Positions 29,485 to 38,794 of a stretch of 47,171 nucleotides of DNA are shown here, one piece after another. The stretch spans positions 1 to 47,171 of the forward strand of contig CANGZO010000001.1 of assembly GCA_947458305.1 (NCBI GenBank), read 5' to 3'. The notes under the pieces are model-generated. The model made no database searches and had not been told where the DNA came from. It worked only from the letters and a program-made list of their open reading frames with translations. Every line of letters begins with the position of its first letter. The stretch's first letter is position 1. This DNA comes from Comamonadaceae bacterium. GTDB lineage: Bacteria > Pseudomonadota > Gammaproteobacteria > Burkholderiales > Burkholderiaceae_C. A program made the translations under genes and the position numbers.

Positions 29485-30957
29485 TTAAAGCAGAACGATG
29501 TCGTATTGCTCGGGGCCCATGCCGGCTTCGACTTGCAGAGAAATAGGCTTGGCGATGAAATCCGAGAGACCCGCCAAGTGCTGGCTTTCCTCGTCCAGCA
29601 GCAAATCGATGACGGCAGAGGTGGCCACGATGCGGAACTCGCGCGGGTTGAACTGACGCGCTTCGCGCAAGATCTCGCGCAGGATGTCATAGACCACCGA
29701 GCGCGGCGTCTTGACGATGCCTTTGCCCTGACAGCTGGGGCAAGGCTCGCACAGCATGTGGGCCAATGATTCGCGGGTGCGTTTGCGGGTCATCTCCAGC
29801 AAACCCAAAGACGAAAAACCGCCCGCCATGGTTTTGACCCGATCTCGGGCGAGCTGCTTGCGGAACTCGGACAGCACGGCATCTTGGTGCTCGAGGCGGG
29901 CCATGTCGATGAAGTCAGCGATGACAATGCCGCCCAAATTGCGCAGGCGCAGTTGTCGTGCAATGGCCTGAGCAGCTTCCAAGTTGGTCTTGAAGATGGT
30001 GTCCTCGAAATTGCGCGCACCGACGTAACCGCCGGTGTTGACGTCCACAGTGGTCAGGGCTTCCGTTTGGTCGATGATCAGATAGCCACCCGATTTCAGG
30101 TCTACCCTGCGGCCCAGCGCCTTGGCTATTTCTTCGTCGATCGCATAGAGGTCAAAGATGGGTCGCTCGCCCTTGTAATGCTGCAAGCGCTCAGCAGCTT
30201 TGGGCATGAACTCCTGCCCAAAAGCCTGAAGCTTGGCAAACTGCTCTTGCGAATCGATCCGAATGCTTTGGGTGGCCTCGCCCACCAAGTCACGCAAAAC
30301 CCTTTGCAAAAGCGTCAGATCTTGGTGCAACAAGGAGCCGGGCGGCAATCGCATAGAAGCTTCCTTGATTCGTGCCCAGGTCTTGCGCAGGTAGGCAATG
30401 TCGTCCTGCAACTCCTCGTCACTGGAGTCTTCGGCATTGGTGCGCAATATGAAGCCGCCCCCGGCAGGGCCCACCAAGGCCTGCAGCCTTTGGCGAAGCG
30501 CATCGCGCTGGTCAGCCGGGATTTTTTGCGATACCCCAATGTGGTCGTCTTGCGGCAAGAACACCAGATGCCGCCCCGCGATGCTGATTTGCGTCGACAA
30601 ACGGGCACCTTTGGAGCCCATGGGGTCCTTGATGACCTGCACCATGATGGCGCGGCCCTCGAACACCTGTTTTTCAATGGGCACCAGCGGCTGGCCCGAG
30701 CGAGCCGCAGAGGTCTCGCCCTCGGCATGCTTTTGCCACAAGTCGGCCACATGCAAAAAAGCCGCTTTATCCAGACCAATGTCGATGAAGGCCGATTGCA
30801 TGCCCGGCAGTACGCGGGCGACTTTGCCCAGGTACACATTGCCCACCAGACCGCGCTCAAGCGTGCGCTCGACATGCAGCTCTTGCACAGCGCCCAACTC
30901 GACCACTGCGACCCGTGTTTCCTGGGGCGACCAATTGACCAAAATATCTTGTTGCAT
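29485..30957 (-). CDS. rng: Ribonuclease G
   Basis: GNVYLGKV.RVLPGMQSAF (S1), DVNTG, RQLRLRNLGG...DFIDM, EMTRKR, CP.C.G.G. Confidence 0.96.
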   Translation of the reverse strand: MQQDILVNWSPQETRVAVVELGAVQELHVERTLERGLVGNVYLGKVARVLPGMQSAFIDIGLDKAAFLHVADLWQKHAEGETSAARSGQPLVPIEKQVFEGRAIMVQVIKDPMGSKGARLSTQISIAGRHLVFLPQDDHIGVSQKIPADQRDALRQRLQALVGPAGGGFILRTNAEDSSDEELQDDIAYLRKTWARIKEASMRLPPGSLLHQDLTLLQRVLRDLVGEATQSIRIDSQEQFAKLQAFGQEFMPKAAERLQHYKGERPIFDLYAIDEEIAKALGRRVDLKSGGYLIIDQTEALTTVDVNTGGYVGARNFEDTIFKTNLEAAQAIARQLRLRNLGGIVIADFIDMARLEHQDAVLSEFRKQLARDRVKTMAGGFSSLGLLEMTRKRTRESLAHMLCEPCPSCQGKGIVKTPRSVVYDILREILREARQFNPREFRIVATSAVIDLLLDEESQHLAGLSDFIAKPISLQVEAGMGPEQYDIVLL

Positions 30958-30980
30958 GGGTGGAATCGGATTGAAAAATT

Positions 30981-31583
30981 TCAGCAGCGCACGCGCAAAC
31001 TGCGCAGCAGGGCGGCAGTTTCAAAAAGAGGCAGTCCCATGATGCCCGAATAACTGCCCCGAATCTGCTCAATATAGGCAGCCGCCCTGCCCTGCACCCC
31101 GTAAGCACCGGCTTTGCCTATGGGTTCACCTGTGGCCACGTAGGCCTTGATCTGTGCAAGCGACATGGGGGCAAAGCGCACCCAAGACTCCGACACGGCC
31201 GACACCCGCTTGGCCCCCTTTTGCACCGCCACGGCCGTCAACACGCGGTGGTTTTGACCCGCCAGACGTTTCAGCATGCGGACCGCATCGGCTTCGTCTG
31301 CGGGTTTGCCCAAAATCTCAGGCCCCAAGCACACGGTGGTGTCGGCACACAGCACGGGCGCAGCAGGCAAGCCCTGGCGCTTCAAACGCTGAACCGCCGC
31401 ATCGAGTTTGAGGCCGGTGACCCGCGCCACATAACGCGCAGGCGCTTCAGCGCCCCGCACGTCTTCCAAAGCTTCGGCGTCTTCATCGGACCCGGCCAAC
31501 AACAGCCGATGAGCCACACCGATTTGGTCCAGCAGCTGGCTGCGCCGAGGGCTTTGGGAGGCAAGGTAAATGAAATCGCTCAT
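30981..31583 (-). CDS. maf: Maf family nucleotide pyrophosphatase (YhdE-like)
   Basis: [35 protein letters not shown]. Confidence 0.93.
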   Translation of the reverse strand: MSDFIYLASQSPRRSQLLDQIGVAHRLLLAGSDEDAEALEDVRGAEAPARYVARVTGLKLDAAVQRLKRQGLPAAPVLCADTTVCLGPEILGKPADEADAVRMLKRLAGQNHRVLTAVAVQKGAKRVSAVSESWVRFAPMSLAQIKAYVATGEPIGKAGAYGVQGRAAAYIEQIRGSYSGIMGLPLFETAALLRSLRVRC

Positions 31584-32047
31584 TCGCGGTGATAGGGGTG
31601 GTTGGCGTTGATGGACCAGGCTCGGTAGAGCTGCTCGATCAAGAGCACCCGGGCCATGGCGTGGGGCAAAGTCATGTCGGACAAGCGGATGCGCTCATGC
31701 GCACCCTGGCGAAAATCGGGCTCCAGCCCATCTGGGCCACCAATGACCAAGGCCACATCGTCACCGCCAAGCTGCCAGCTGGTCAAGCGCGTGGCCAGAG
31801 CCTGCGTGGTGAGGTGGGTGCCGCGCTCGTCAAGCACCACGATGCGGGTGCCACGAGGAATGGCGGCTTCGATGCGCTGGCGCTCGGCCGCATAAAGATT
31901 GGACAAGGTTTTCGAGCCCCGGGGCTCGGTTTTGACAGCCTTGAGCTCGACCTTGAGCTCAGGCGGAAAGCGTTTGGCGTAGTCGTCCCAAGCTGTTTGA
32001 GCCCAATCGGGCACACGCAGGCCGACCGCAACGATCAGCAGCTTCAT
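31580..32047 (-). CDS. rlmH: 23S rRNA pseudouridine1915-N3 methyltransferase
   Basis: LDERG, IGGPDGL, LS.MTLPH, EQLYRA, HPYHRE. Confidence 0.97.
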   Translation of the reverse strand: MKLLIVAVGLRVPDWAQTAWDDYAKRFPPELKVELKAVKTEPRGSKTLSNLYAAERQRIEAAIPRGTRIVVLDERGTHLTTQALATRLTSWQLGGDDVALVIGGPDGLEPDFRQGAHERIRLSDMTLPHAMARVLLIEQLYRAWSINANHPYHRE

Positions 32048-32053
32048 GCAGGA

Positions 32054-32806
32054 TCAGTCGGCTTTGCGGCGGGTGGTTGCTTGCACAGCCTTGCGCGCAG
32101 GGGCCTTTTTGGCTACCGATTTGGCAGCTGCTTTGGCGGCAGGTTTGGCCGTGGGTTTGCCCACCGTCTTCACCGTGGGCTTGCTGGTAGGACTGCTGGC
32201 TTTCGGGGCCGATTTGGCTGCCGTTTTGGCTGGTGCCTTGGCAGCGGGTTTGGTCGCTGGTTTGGCAGATTTGGCAGGTGCCTTCAGCGCGGGTTTGGCT
32301 TTGGCTGCAGGCTGAGCAACAGCCTTTTTGGCTCCGGGCGTTTTGGCCGCGGTAGATTTGGCAGTTGCTTTGCCCGTGGCTTTTTTCGCCACCGAATTCT
32401 GAATATGGCCCTTGACCTCGGCTGATGCTGACGGTTTGGGCGCACCGAACTTCAGGCGCACAGGGGTTCCACCCCAAATCTCTTCCAGATTGTAGTAAGT
32501 GCGAATAGTCGGCTGCATGATGTGCACCACGGCCGGGCCGCAATCCACAATGATCCATTCGCCGTTGTCTTCGCCCTCAATGCGGGGCTTGCCAAAACCG
32601 GCGTTGCGCACTTTGTCGCGCACGCTGGCGGCCAACGCCTTGGTCTGGCGGTTCGAGGTACCCGAAGCGATGATGACCCGCTCAAACAGCGAGGACAGGT
32701 GTTCGGTGTCAAACACCTGGATTTCTTGGGCCTTGACGTCCTCCAGGGCGTCCACAATGGCCCGCTGGAGTTTCTGGATGTCTTTTTTGGCGGCGTTTTC
32801 GGTCAT
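32054..32806 (-). CDS. rsfS: Ribosome silencing factor RsfS with long Lys/Ala/Pro-rich C-terminal tail
   Basis: ALEDVKA, IASGTSNRQ, EWIIVDCG..VVHIM, R.YYNLEEIW. TGATG overlap with nadD. nadD-rsfS-rlmH order. Confidence 0.93.
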   Translation of the reverse strand: MTENAAKKDIQKLQRAIVDALEDVKAQEIQVFDTEHLSSLFERVIIASGTSNRQTKALAASVRDKVRNAGFGKPRIEGEDNGEWIIVDCGPAVVHIMQPTIRTYYNLEEIWGGTPVRLKFGAPKPSASAEVKGHIQNSVAKKATGKATAKSTAAKTPGAKKAVAQPAAKAKPALKAPAKSAKPATKPAAKAPAKTAAKSAPKASSPTSKPTVKTVGKPTAKPAAKAAAKSVAKKAPARKAVQATTRRKAD

Positions 32807-33465
32807 CAATGGGGCCTGTAAAGGTGGTGTTCGTGAATATAGCGCTCAACAGCGGGGGATACCAAGCCCGTCAGGGCCTGCTCTGTGGCCGCCAGCACAC
32901 GGATGTCCGTGGCACTGTGAGGCATCAGCGGCATGTCGAGAGTGCAAATGCGCGCTTGCAGCGTGTCAGAAAGGGGTGGGTTTGTGGGTGCAGCACCTGA
33001 CTCTTCGTTCCAGGCAAGCACGGCCATATCACGGCCTGCGGCGCAGATTATAGCGATCCGCCCAATTTCACCGATTTGGTGCCAAGCAGGCAAAGCGCGC
33101 CGCTGGTCGTCGCCCAGCAGCAAATACAGTTGCGCCTGGGGGTATTCGGTCTGCAACTCGTGCAGGGTGTCCACCGTGTAGCTGGGTCCGGTGCGCAGGA
33201 TTTCCCGTTCGTCCACCACCACGTGCGGCACATCTGCAAAGGCCAAACGCGTCATGGCCAGGCGGTGCTCGGCATCGCTCAGATTTCGCGGTTTGTGCCA
33301 GGCATGGCCCGTGGGCAGCACACGCACTTGGTCGAGCTGCAACTGCGCCACGGCTGCTTCGACCAGGGCCACATGGGCCCGATGCGGCGGATCGAACGCT
33401 CCGCCAAAAACACCCAGGCGCTGCACAGTGGCTGAGGCTTTTTGCACGGAAGATGGCAGGTTCAA
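32806..33465 (-). CDS. nadD: Nicotinate-nucleotide adenylyltransferase
   Basis: [45 protein letters not shown]. The TTG start overlapping the hemF stop is approximate. Confidence 0.92.
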   Translation of the reverse strand: MNLPSSVQKASATVQRLGVFGGAFDPPHRAHVALVEAAVAQLQLDQVRVLPTGHAWHKPRNLSDAEHRLAMTRLAFADVPHVVVDEREILRTGPSYTVDTLHELQTEYPQAQLYLLLGDDQRRALPAWHQIGEIGRIAIICAAGRDMAVLAWNEESGAAPTNPPLSDTLQARICTLDMPLMPHSATDIRVLAATEQALTGLVSPAVERYIHEHHLYRPH

Positions 33466-34382
33466 ACCCAGTCCTTGGGCACCAGAAAGTGGCTGAGCAA
33501 GCGTTCCTCGGGCGAGCCGGCCTCATCTTGGCGCTGGTAAGACCAGCGCACCTCGGGCGGCATGGACAGCAGGATCGATTCGGTGCGGCCACCGGACTGC
33601 AGACCAAAATGCGTGCCCCGGTCCCAGACGAGGTTGAACTCGACATAGCGGCCACGGCGGTAGAGCTGAAAGTCACGTTCGCGCTCGCCATATGGCGTGT
33701 CCTTGCGGCGCATCACGATGGGCATGTAGGCCGTCAACAGCGAATCGGCCACGCTTTGCAGCATGGCAAAGCTCTGGTCCATGCCCAGTTCGGAAAAGTC
33801 GTCGAAGAAAATGCCGCCCACGCCGCGCTGCTCACGGCGGTGTTTGTTGCAAAAATAATCATCGCACCAGGTTTTGAATCGCGGGTGCAAGGCCTCGCCA
33901 AAGGGGCTCAGGGCGTCTTTGCAGGTCTGGTGAAAATGCACCGCGTCTTCGTCAAAGCCGTAGTAAGGCGTCAGGTCCATGCCGCCACCAAACCAGGCCA
34001 CGGGTGCCCTGCCCTCGGGCTTGGCTGCAATCATGCGCACGTTCATGTGCACCGTGGGCACATAGGGGTTGCGCGGGTGGAACACCAAGGACACGCCCAT
34101 CGCCTCAAAGGCCGAGCCGGCCAACTCTGGGCGGTGCTGGGTGGCCGAGGGCGGCAACTGCGGGCCCGTGACGTGCGAAAAGCCGCAGCCAGCGCGTTCA
34201 AAAATGGGCCCGCCTTCCAGAATTTGGGTGATGCCATTGCCCTGGAGTTTCTCACCCGGATCTTTTTGCCAAGCATCGGTCAGAAAAGGGGTGCCGTCCA
34301 GGTCGGTCAAGGCCCCGGTGATGCGGGACTGCAAGCCCACCAGGTAATTTTTGACGGTGCCGAGTTCAAAAGGGGTGCTCAT
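33462..34382 (-). CDS. hemF: Oxygen-dependent coproporphyrinogen III oxidase
   Basis: [69 protein letters not shown]. Confidence 0.97.
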   Translation of the reverse strand: MSTPFELGTVKNYLVGLQSRITGALTDLDGTPFLTDAWQKDPGEKLQGNGITQILEGGPIFERAGCGFSHVTGPQLPPSATQHRPELAGSAFEAMGVSLVFHPRNPYVPTVHMNVRMIAAKPEGRAPVAWFGGGMDLTPYYGFDEDAVHFHQTCKDALSPFGEALHPRFKTWCDDYFCNKHRREQRGVGGIFFDDFSELGMDQSFAMLQSVADSLLTAYMPIVMRRKDTPYGERERDFQLYRRGRYVEFNLVWDRGTHFGLQSGGRTESILLSMPPEVRWSYQRQDEAGSPEERLLSHFLVPKDWV

Positions 34383-34417
34383 GGTGGATTTGGACGTTAA
34401 AAAGGTTCAGGAAATCT

Positions 34418-35059
34418 TCAGGGTTTCAGGCGGGCAGATTCAACCGCCTGGCCTGGACTCCAGGGAAGTATGGGACCCATTTGGTGTTCGTGGAAGCCCT
34501 TGACACCCTCAAACACCTGGGCCATGTGTGCGTAATCGCGCTCGACCTGGCCCGTCAGATCGTAAAAGTCCACCACACTGAAGCGGCGCTGACCCCAGTC
34601 GAGCTTGACGAGCGCCAAAGGCACTTGCGCCCCCAGGGCCAACTGGTAAAAGCCACTGCGCCAGCCCGGTGTGAAGCTGCGTGTGCCTTCAGGAGCCAGA
34701 CCGAGCCAAAGCAATTGGTCGTTTTGTTTGTGCTGCTCAAACACATGCACCATCTGGCCCACCACGCCGCGAGAGGAGCTGCGGTCAATCGGTATGCCGC
34801 CCACCCAGCGCATCCAGGCACCGATCACCGGAAACTTGAACAGCGAATCCTTGCCCCAAAAGTGCGCCGGAATGCCCAGGGCCCACTTGGCGAGCATGCC
34901 AATCGGGAAATCCCAGTTGCTGGTGTGCGGGTAAACAATGGCCACACCCTGACGGGTGGGAAAGCCCTCAAAGTCCAAGCGCCAACCGAGCATTTTCAAA
35001 ACCAAACGGGCCAGACGGGAGCCCTTGAAGGTCACGGGATGGTGGGTCAAGGGGCTCAT
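34418..35059 (-). CDS. 1-acyl-sn-glycerol-3-phosphate acyltransferase family protein
   Basis: PHTSNWDF (HxxxxD), GGIPIDR, APEGTR, W.SGFY. Alternative TTG at 35077. Confidence 0.88.
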   Translation of the reverse strand: MSPLTHHPVTFKGSRLARLVLKMLGWRLDFEGFPTRQGVAIVYPHTSNWDFPIGMLAKWALGIPAHFWGKDSLFKFPVIGAWMRWVGGIPIDRSSSRGVVGQMVHVFEQHKQNDQLLWLGLAPEGTRSFTPGWRSGFYQLALGAQVPLALVKLDWGQRRFSVVDFYDLTGQVERDYAHMAQVFEGVKGFHEHQMGPILPWSPGQAVESARLKP

Positions 35060-35073
35060 GCGGGTCAGGTGCT

Positions 35074-36369
35074 TCAATTTTTGATCGCGCGGTAGCCGAT
35101 GTCCTGGCGCATCTGCATGCCGTCAAAAAAAATCGGGCTGGCGGTTTGGTAGGCCTTTTGCTGAGCCTGCTTGACCGAATCGGCCAGCGCCGTGACGCAC
35201 AGCACACGCCCACCCGAAGTCAGGATTTGGCCGTCTTTTTCGGTGGTGCCCGCATGGAACACCATGGCGTCATGGAGGTCCTTGGGCAGGCCGGTGATGG
35301 CATCGCCCTTGCGCGGGTTCAGTGGGTAACCGGCCGCAGCCATGACCACACCCAGTGCCACACGTCGATCCCATTCCATCTCCAACTCGTCCAGGCCTTC
35401 AGAGGTCGCGGCCAAAAGCACATCCAAGAGATCTGACTTAAGGCGCATCAGGATCGGCTGCGTCTCAGGGTCACCCATGCGGCAGTTGAATTCAAGGGTT
35501 TTGATACGCCCTTGCGGGTCGATCATCAGGCCCGCATACAAAAACCCGGTGTAGTTGATGCCGTCTTTGTCCATGCCGCGGATGGTGGGCAAGATGACCT
35601 CGCGCATGGCGCGCGCGTGCACCTCGGCCGTGACCACAGGCGCAGGCGAATAAGCGCCCATGCCGCCAGTGTTGGGGCCCTCGTCGCCATCCAGCAAGCG
35701 TTTGTGGTCTTGGCTGGTGGCCAAGGCAGCCACATTCTTGCCATCGCAAAGCACCATGAAACTGGCTTCTTCACCTTGCAAGAACTCTTCGATCACCACG
35801 CGCGGCACTGCCAGCCCGTCCGCGCCTGCGTTGTGCGTCACCCCCAATGTGTTGTCCAGCAGCATGAAGTCGATCGCCTCATGGGCTTCGGCCAGCGTCA
35901 TGGCCACCACCACCCCTTTGCCAGCCGCGAGGCCGTCGGCCTTGACCACGATGGGTGCGCCCTGGCGGTCCACATAGGCGTGCGCCTGGGCCGCATCGGT
36001 GAAGGTCTCAAATGAGGCCGTGGGAATACCATGTCGCTTCATGAAGGCTTTGGAAAAAGCCTTGGAGCTTTCCAACTGAGCTGCAGCCTGAGTGGGGCCA
36101 AAAATACGCAAGCCATGCGATCGAAAATCGTCCACGATGCCTGCAGCCAGGGGCGCCTCTGGGCCGACCAAGGTCAGACCTATGCCGTTGCTGAAGGCCC
36201 ACTGACGCAGCTGCTGCACATCGGTGATCGGCACATTGACCAAGTTTTTATCTTTGGCTGTGCCGCCGTTGCCGGGTGCCACATAGACCTGCTGCACTTT
36301 GGGCGACTGCGCCAATTTCCACGCCATGGCGTGCTCACGGCCACCACCGCCAACGACCAATACTTTCAT
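35074..36369 (-). CDS. purD: Phosphoribosylamine--glycine ligase
   Basis: GGGGREHA, APGNGG, LESSKAF, KADGLAAGKGV, QDHKR, NTGGMGAY, EFNCRMGDPETQ. Confidence 0.97.
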   Translation of the reverse strand: MKVLVVGGGGREHAMAWKLAQSPKVQQVYVAPGNGGTAKDKNLVNVPITDVQQLRQWAFSNGIGLTLVGPEAPLAAGIVDDFRSHGLRIFGPTQAAAQLESSKAFSKAFMKRHGIPTASFETFTDAAQAHAYVDRQGAPIVVKADGLAAGKGVVVAMTLAEAHEAIDFMLLDNTLGVTHNAGADGLAVPRVVIEEFLQGEEASFMVLCDGKNVAALATSQDHKRLLDGDEGPNTGGMGAYSPAPVVTAEVHARAMREVILPTIRGMDKDGINYTGFLYAGLMIDPQGRIKTLEFNCRMGDPETQPILMRLKSDLLDVLLAATSEGLDELEMEWDRRVALGVVMAAAGYPLNPRKGDAITGLPKDLHDAMVFHAGTTEKDGQILTSGGRVLCVTALADSVKQAQQKAYQTASPIFFDGMQMRQDIGYRAIKN

Positions 36370-36378
36370 CCAACTTCC

Positions 36379-37104
36379 TTAATCTTCGAATTCGGCGTTA
36401 TGGAACACGTTTTGCACATCGTCCAAATCTTCCAACACATCCAGCAATTTTTGCATTTTGGCAGCATCTTCCCCGGTCAAAGTCACGCTGTTTTCTGGTC
36501 GCATGGTCACTTCTGCCACTTCGGCCACCAAGCCAGCCGCTTCCAAGGCGTTTTTAACGGTTTCAAAAGCTGTGTAAGCGGTCAGCACTTCGATGGCGCC
36601 GTCCCCATGTGTGATCACGTCATCGGCACCGGACTCCAGCGCCGCGGTCATCAACTGATCCTCGTCTGTGCCGGGCGCAAAAATCAGCTGACCACAGTGT
36701 TTGAACTGAAAGGCCACAGAGCCTTCAGTGCCTAAATTGCCGCCGTGCTTGCTCAAGGCATGGCGCATTTCAGCCACGGTGCGCACCCGGTTGTCGGTCA
36801 TGGTGTCCACCATGATGGCCGCGCCGCCGATGCCATAGCCTTCATAACGGATCTCTTCGTAGCTCACACCCTCCAAATTGCCGGTAGCTTTGTCCACGTT
36901 GCGCTTGATGGTGTCGGCCGGCATATTGGCCGCTTTGGCCTTCTCAATGGCCAGGCGAAGGCGGGGATTGGCACTGACATCACCACCGCCAGTGCGGGCT
37001 GCGACCATGATTTCTCGCACCACCCGGGTCCAGATGCGCTGACGCTTTTCGTCTTGCCGCCCCTTGCGGTGCTGAATATTTGCCCATTTACTGTGCCCAG
37101 CCAT
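36379..37104 (-). CDS. yebC: YebC/PmpR family protein
   Basis: [46 protein letters not shown] and a TAAAAT -10 at 37143-37148. Confidence 0.96.
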   Translation of the reverse strand: MAGHSKWANIQHRKGRQDEKRQRIWTRVVREIMVAARTGGGDVSANPRLRLAIEKAKAANMPADTIKRNVDKATGNLEGVSYEEIRYEGYGIGGAAIMVDTMTDNRVRTVAEMRHALSKHGGNLGTEGSVAFQFKHCGQLIFAPGTDEDQLMTAALESGADDVITHGDGAIEVLTAYTAFETVKNALEAAGLVAEVAEVTMRPENSVTLTGEDAAKMQKLLDVLEDLDDVQNVFHNAEFED

Positions 37105-37174
37105 CGGGAATTCCTTGAATGTTGATTTAACCTATAGCCTGAATTTTACTTTTCACCACAAGGGAAAAACCGAA

Positions 37175-38707
37175 ATGGCTGAACCGATGTTGATCGCTCA
37201 AAACGCCAAGGCGCATTGCCACCTGTTGCCAGGCTTGGCCAACCGCCACGGACTCATCACCGGGGCCACAGGCACCGGTAAAACCGTGACCTTGCAAACC
37301 TTGGCTGAAAACTTTTCGCGCATCGGTGTGCCGGTCTTCATGGCCGACGTCAAAGGTGACCTGACCGGTGTCAGCCAAGCGGGCAAGATCGGCGAGAAAC
37401 TGGCAGCCGTACTCCAAGACCGCGGACTTGTACTGCCCGAGCCCCTGGCGTGCCCGACCACCGTGTGGGACGTGTTTGGCGAGCAAGGCCACCCGGTTCG
37501 CGCCACCATCTCCGACATGGGGCCTTTGCTGCTCACGCGCATGCTGGGCCTGAACGACACCCAGGCCGGTGTGCTGAACCTGGTGTTCAAGATCGCCGAC
37601 GACAACGGTTTGCTGCTGCTGGACATGAAAGACCTGCGCGCGATGCTGCAGTACGTGGGGGACAACGCCAAACAGTTCACCACCGAGTACGGCAACATCA
37701 GCGCCGCCAGCATCGGGGCCATCCAGCGCGGTTTGGTGCAAATCGAGACGCAAGGCGGCGACAAGTTCTTTGGCGAGCCCATGCTCAACATCGAAGACTT
37801 CATGCAGACCGACGGGCAAGGCCAGGGAATGGTGAACATCCTGGCGGCCGACAAACTCATGAATTCGCCGCGCCTGTACGCCACCTTCTTGCTGTGGATG
37901 CTGTCGGAGTTGTTTGAGGTCTTGCCAGAGATCGGCGATCCGGAAAAGCCCAAGTTGGTCTTCTTTTTTGACGAGGCACACTTGCTCTTCAAGGACGCAC
38001 CAGCAGTACTGATCGAGCGGATCGAGCTGGTGGTGCGCTTGGTGCGCTCCAAAGGCGTGGGGGTGTACTTCGTCACGCAAAACCCGCTGGACATCCCCGA
38101 CAGTGTGCTGGGTCAGCTGGGCAACCGGGTGCAACACGCCCTGCGCGCCTACACCCCGCGCGACCAAAAGGCCGTGAAATCGACTGCGCAAACCATGCGC
38201 CCCAAAGCGGGCTTGGACATCGAGGCGGCCATCACCGAGCTGGCCGTGGGTGAGGCCTTGGTGAGCTTTCTGGACGCCAAGGGACGCCCCTGTGAGACCG
38301 AGCGCGTGTTTGTGCTGCCTCCGGGCAGCCAGCTGGGCCCCATCACCGCCGCTCAGCGTCAAGCGCTGGTTCAGGGTTCGTTGGTGGCCGGGGTGTATGA
38401 GCAAGCCCTGGACCGCGAGTCAGCTTATGAACGCATCAAGGGCCAGGGCCAGCCCCATGCATCCGGCCAAGCCAACGCCACCCCCTTGCCTGGCCAAGCA
38501 CCGGCGGCAGCAGGGCCTGCCAGCGGTGGCCTGATGGGCGGACTGTCAGACATGCTGTTTGGCAGCACCGGGCCTCGTGGCGCCCAACGTGATGGCGTGG
38601 CTCAGATGGTGGTCAAAAGTGCCGTGCGCACCGTGGGCTCTGCCTTGGGCAGAGAAATCGTTCGCGGGGTGCTGGGCGGCTTGCTGGGTGGCAGCAAGCG
38701 CAAATGA
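37175..38707 (+). CDS. DUF853 / YjgR HerA-like P-loop ATPase
   Basis: [48 protein letters not shown]. Confidence 0.92.
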   Translation: MAEPMLIAQNAKAHCHLLPGLANRHGLITGATGTGKTVTLQTLAENFSRIGVPVFMADVKGDLTGVSQAGKIGEKLAAVLQDRGLVLPEPLACPTTVWDVFGEQGHPVRATISDMGPLLLTRMLGLNDTQAGVLNLVFKIADDNGLLLLDMKDLRAMLQYVGDNAKQFTTEYGNISAASIGAIQRGLVQIETQGGDKFFGEPMLNIEDFMQTDGQGQGMVNILAADKLMNSPRLYATFLLWMLSELFEVLPEIGDPEKPKLVFFFDEAHLLFKDAPAVLIERIELVVRLVRSKGVGVYFVTQNPLDIPDSVLGQLGNRVQHALRAYTPRDQKAVKSTAQTMRPKAGLDIEAAITELAVGEALVSFLDAKGRPCETERVFVLPPGSQLGPITAAQRQALVQGSLVAGVYEQALDRESAYERIKGQGQPHASGQANATPLPGQAPAAAGPASGGLMGGLSDMLFGSTGPRGAQRDGVAQMVVKSAVRTVGSALGREIVRGVLGGLLGGSKRK

Positions 38708-38743
38708 GCGTTTGACCGACACCAAATTTGCATCGCAGCACAG

Positions 38744-38777
38744 CATGAAAAAAGGCCCCTCAGGGCCTTTTTTCATG
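38744..38777. terminator. Bidirectional intrinsic terminator between DUF853 and clpA
   Basis: CATGAAAAAAGGCCC-CTCA-GGGCCTTTTTTCATG, a perfect 15-bp inverted repeat. Confidence 0.92.
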
Positions 38778-38794
38778 AACGCTTGATCGCGAAG

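Noticed and set aside
32090-32390. Repetitive DNA (GGTTTGGC/TTTGGC units) as a possible array or CRISPR
   Set aside because: Degenerate codon-level repeats encoding the PAAK tail of RsfS. No fixed repeat-spacer period and no cas genes.
37175-38707. HerA-like ATPase as part of a defence system (e.g. Sir2-HerA)
   Set aside because: It matches the solitary DUF853/YjgR family, and there is no adjacent nuclease, SIR2 or other effector gene.
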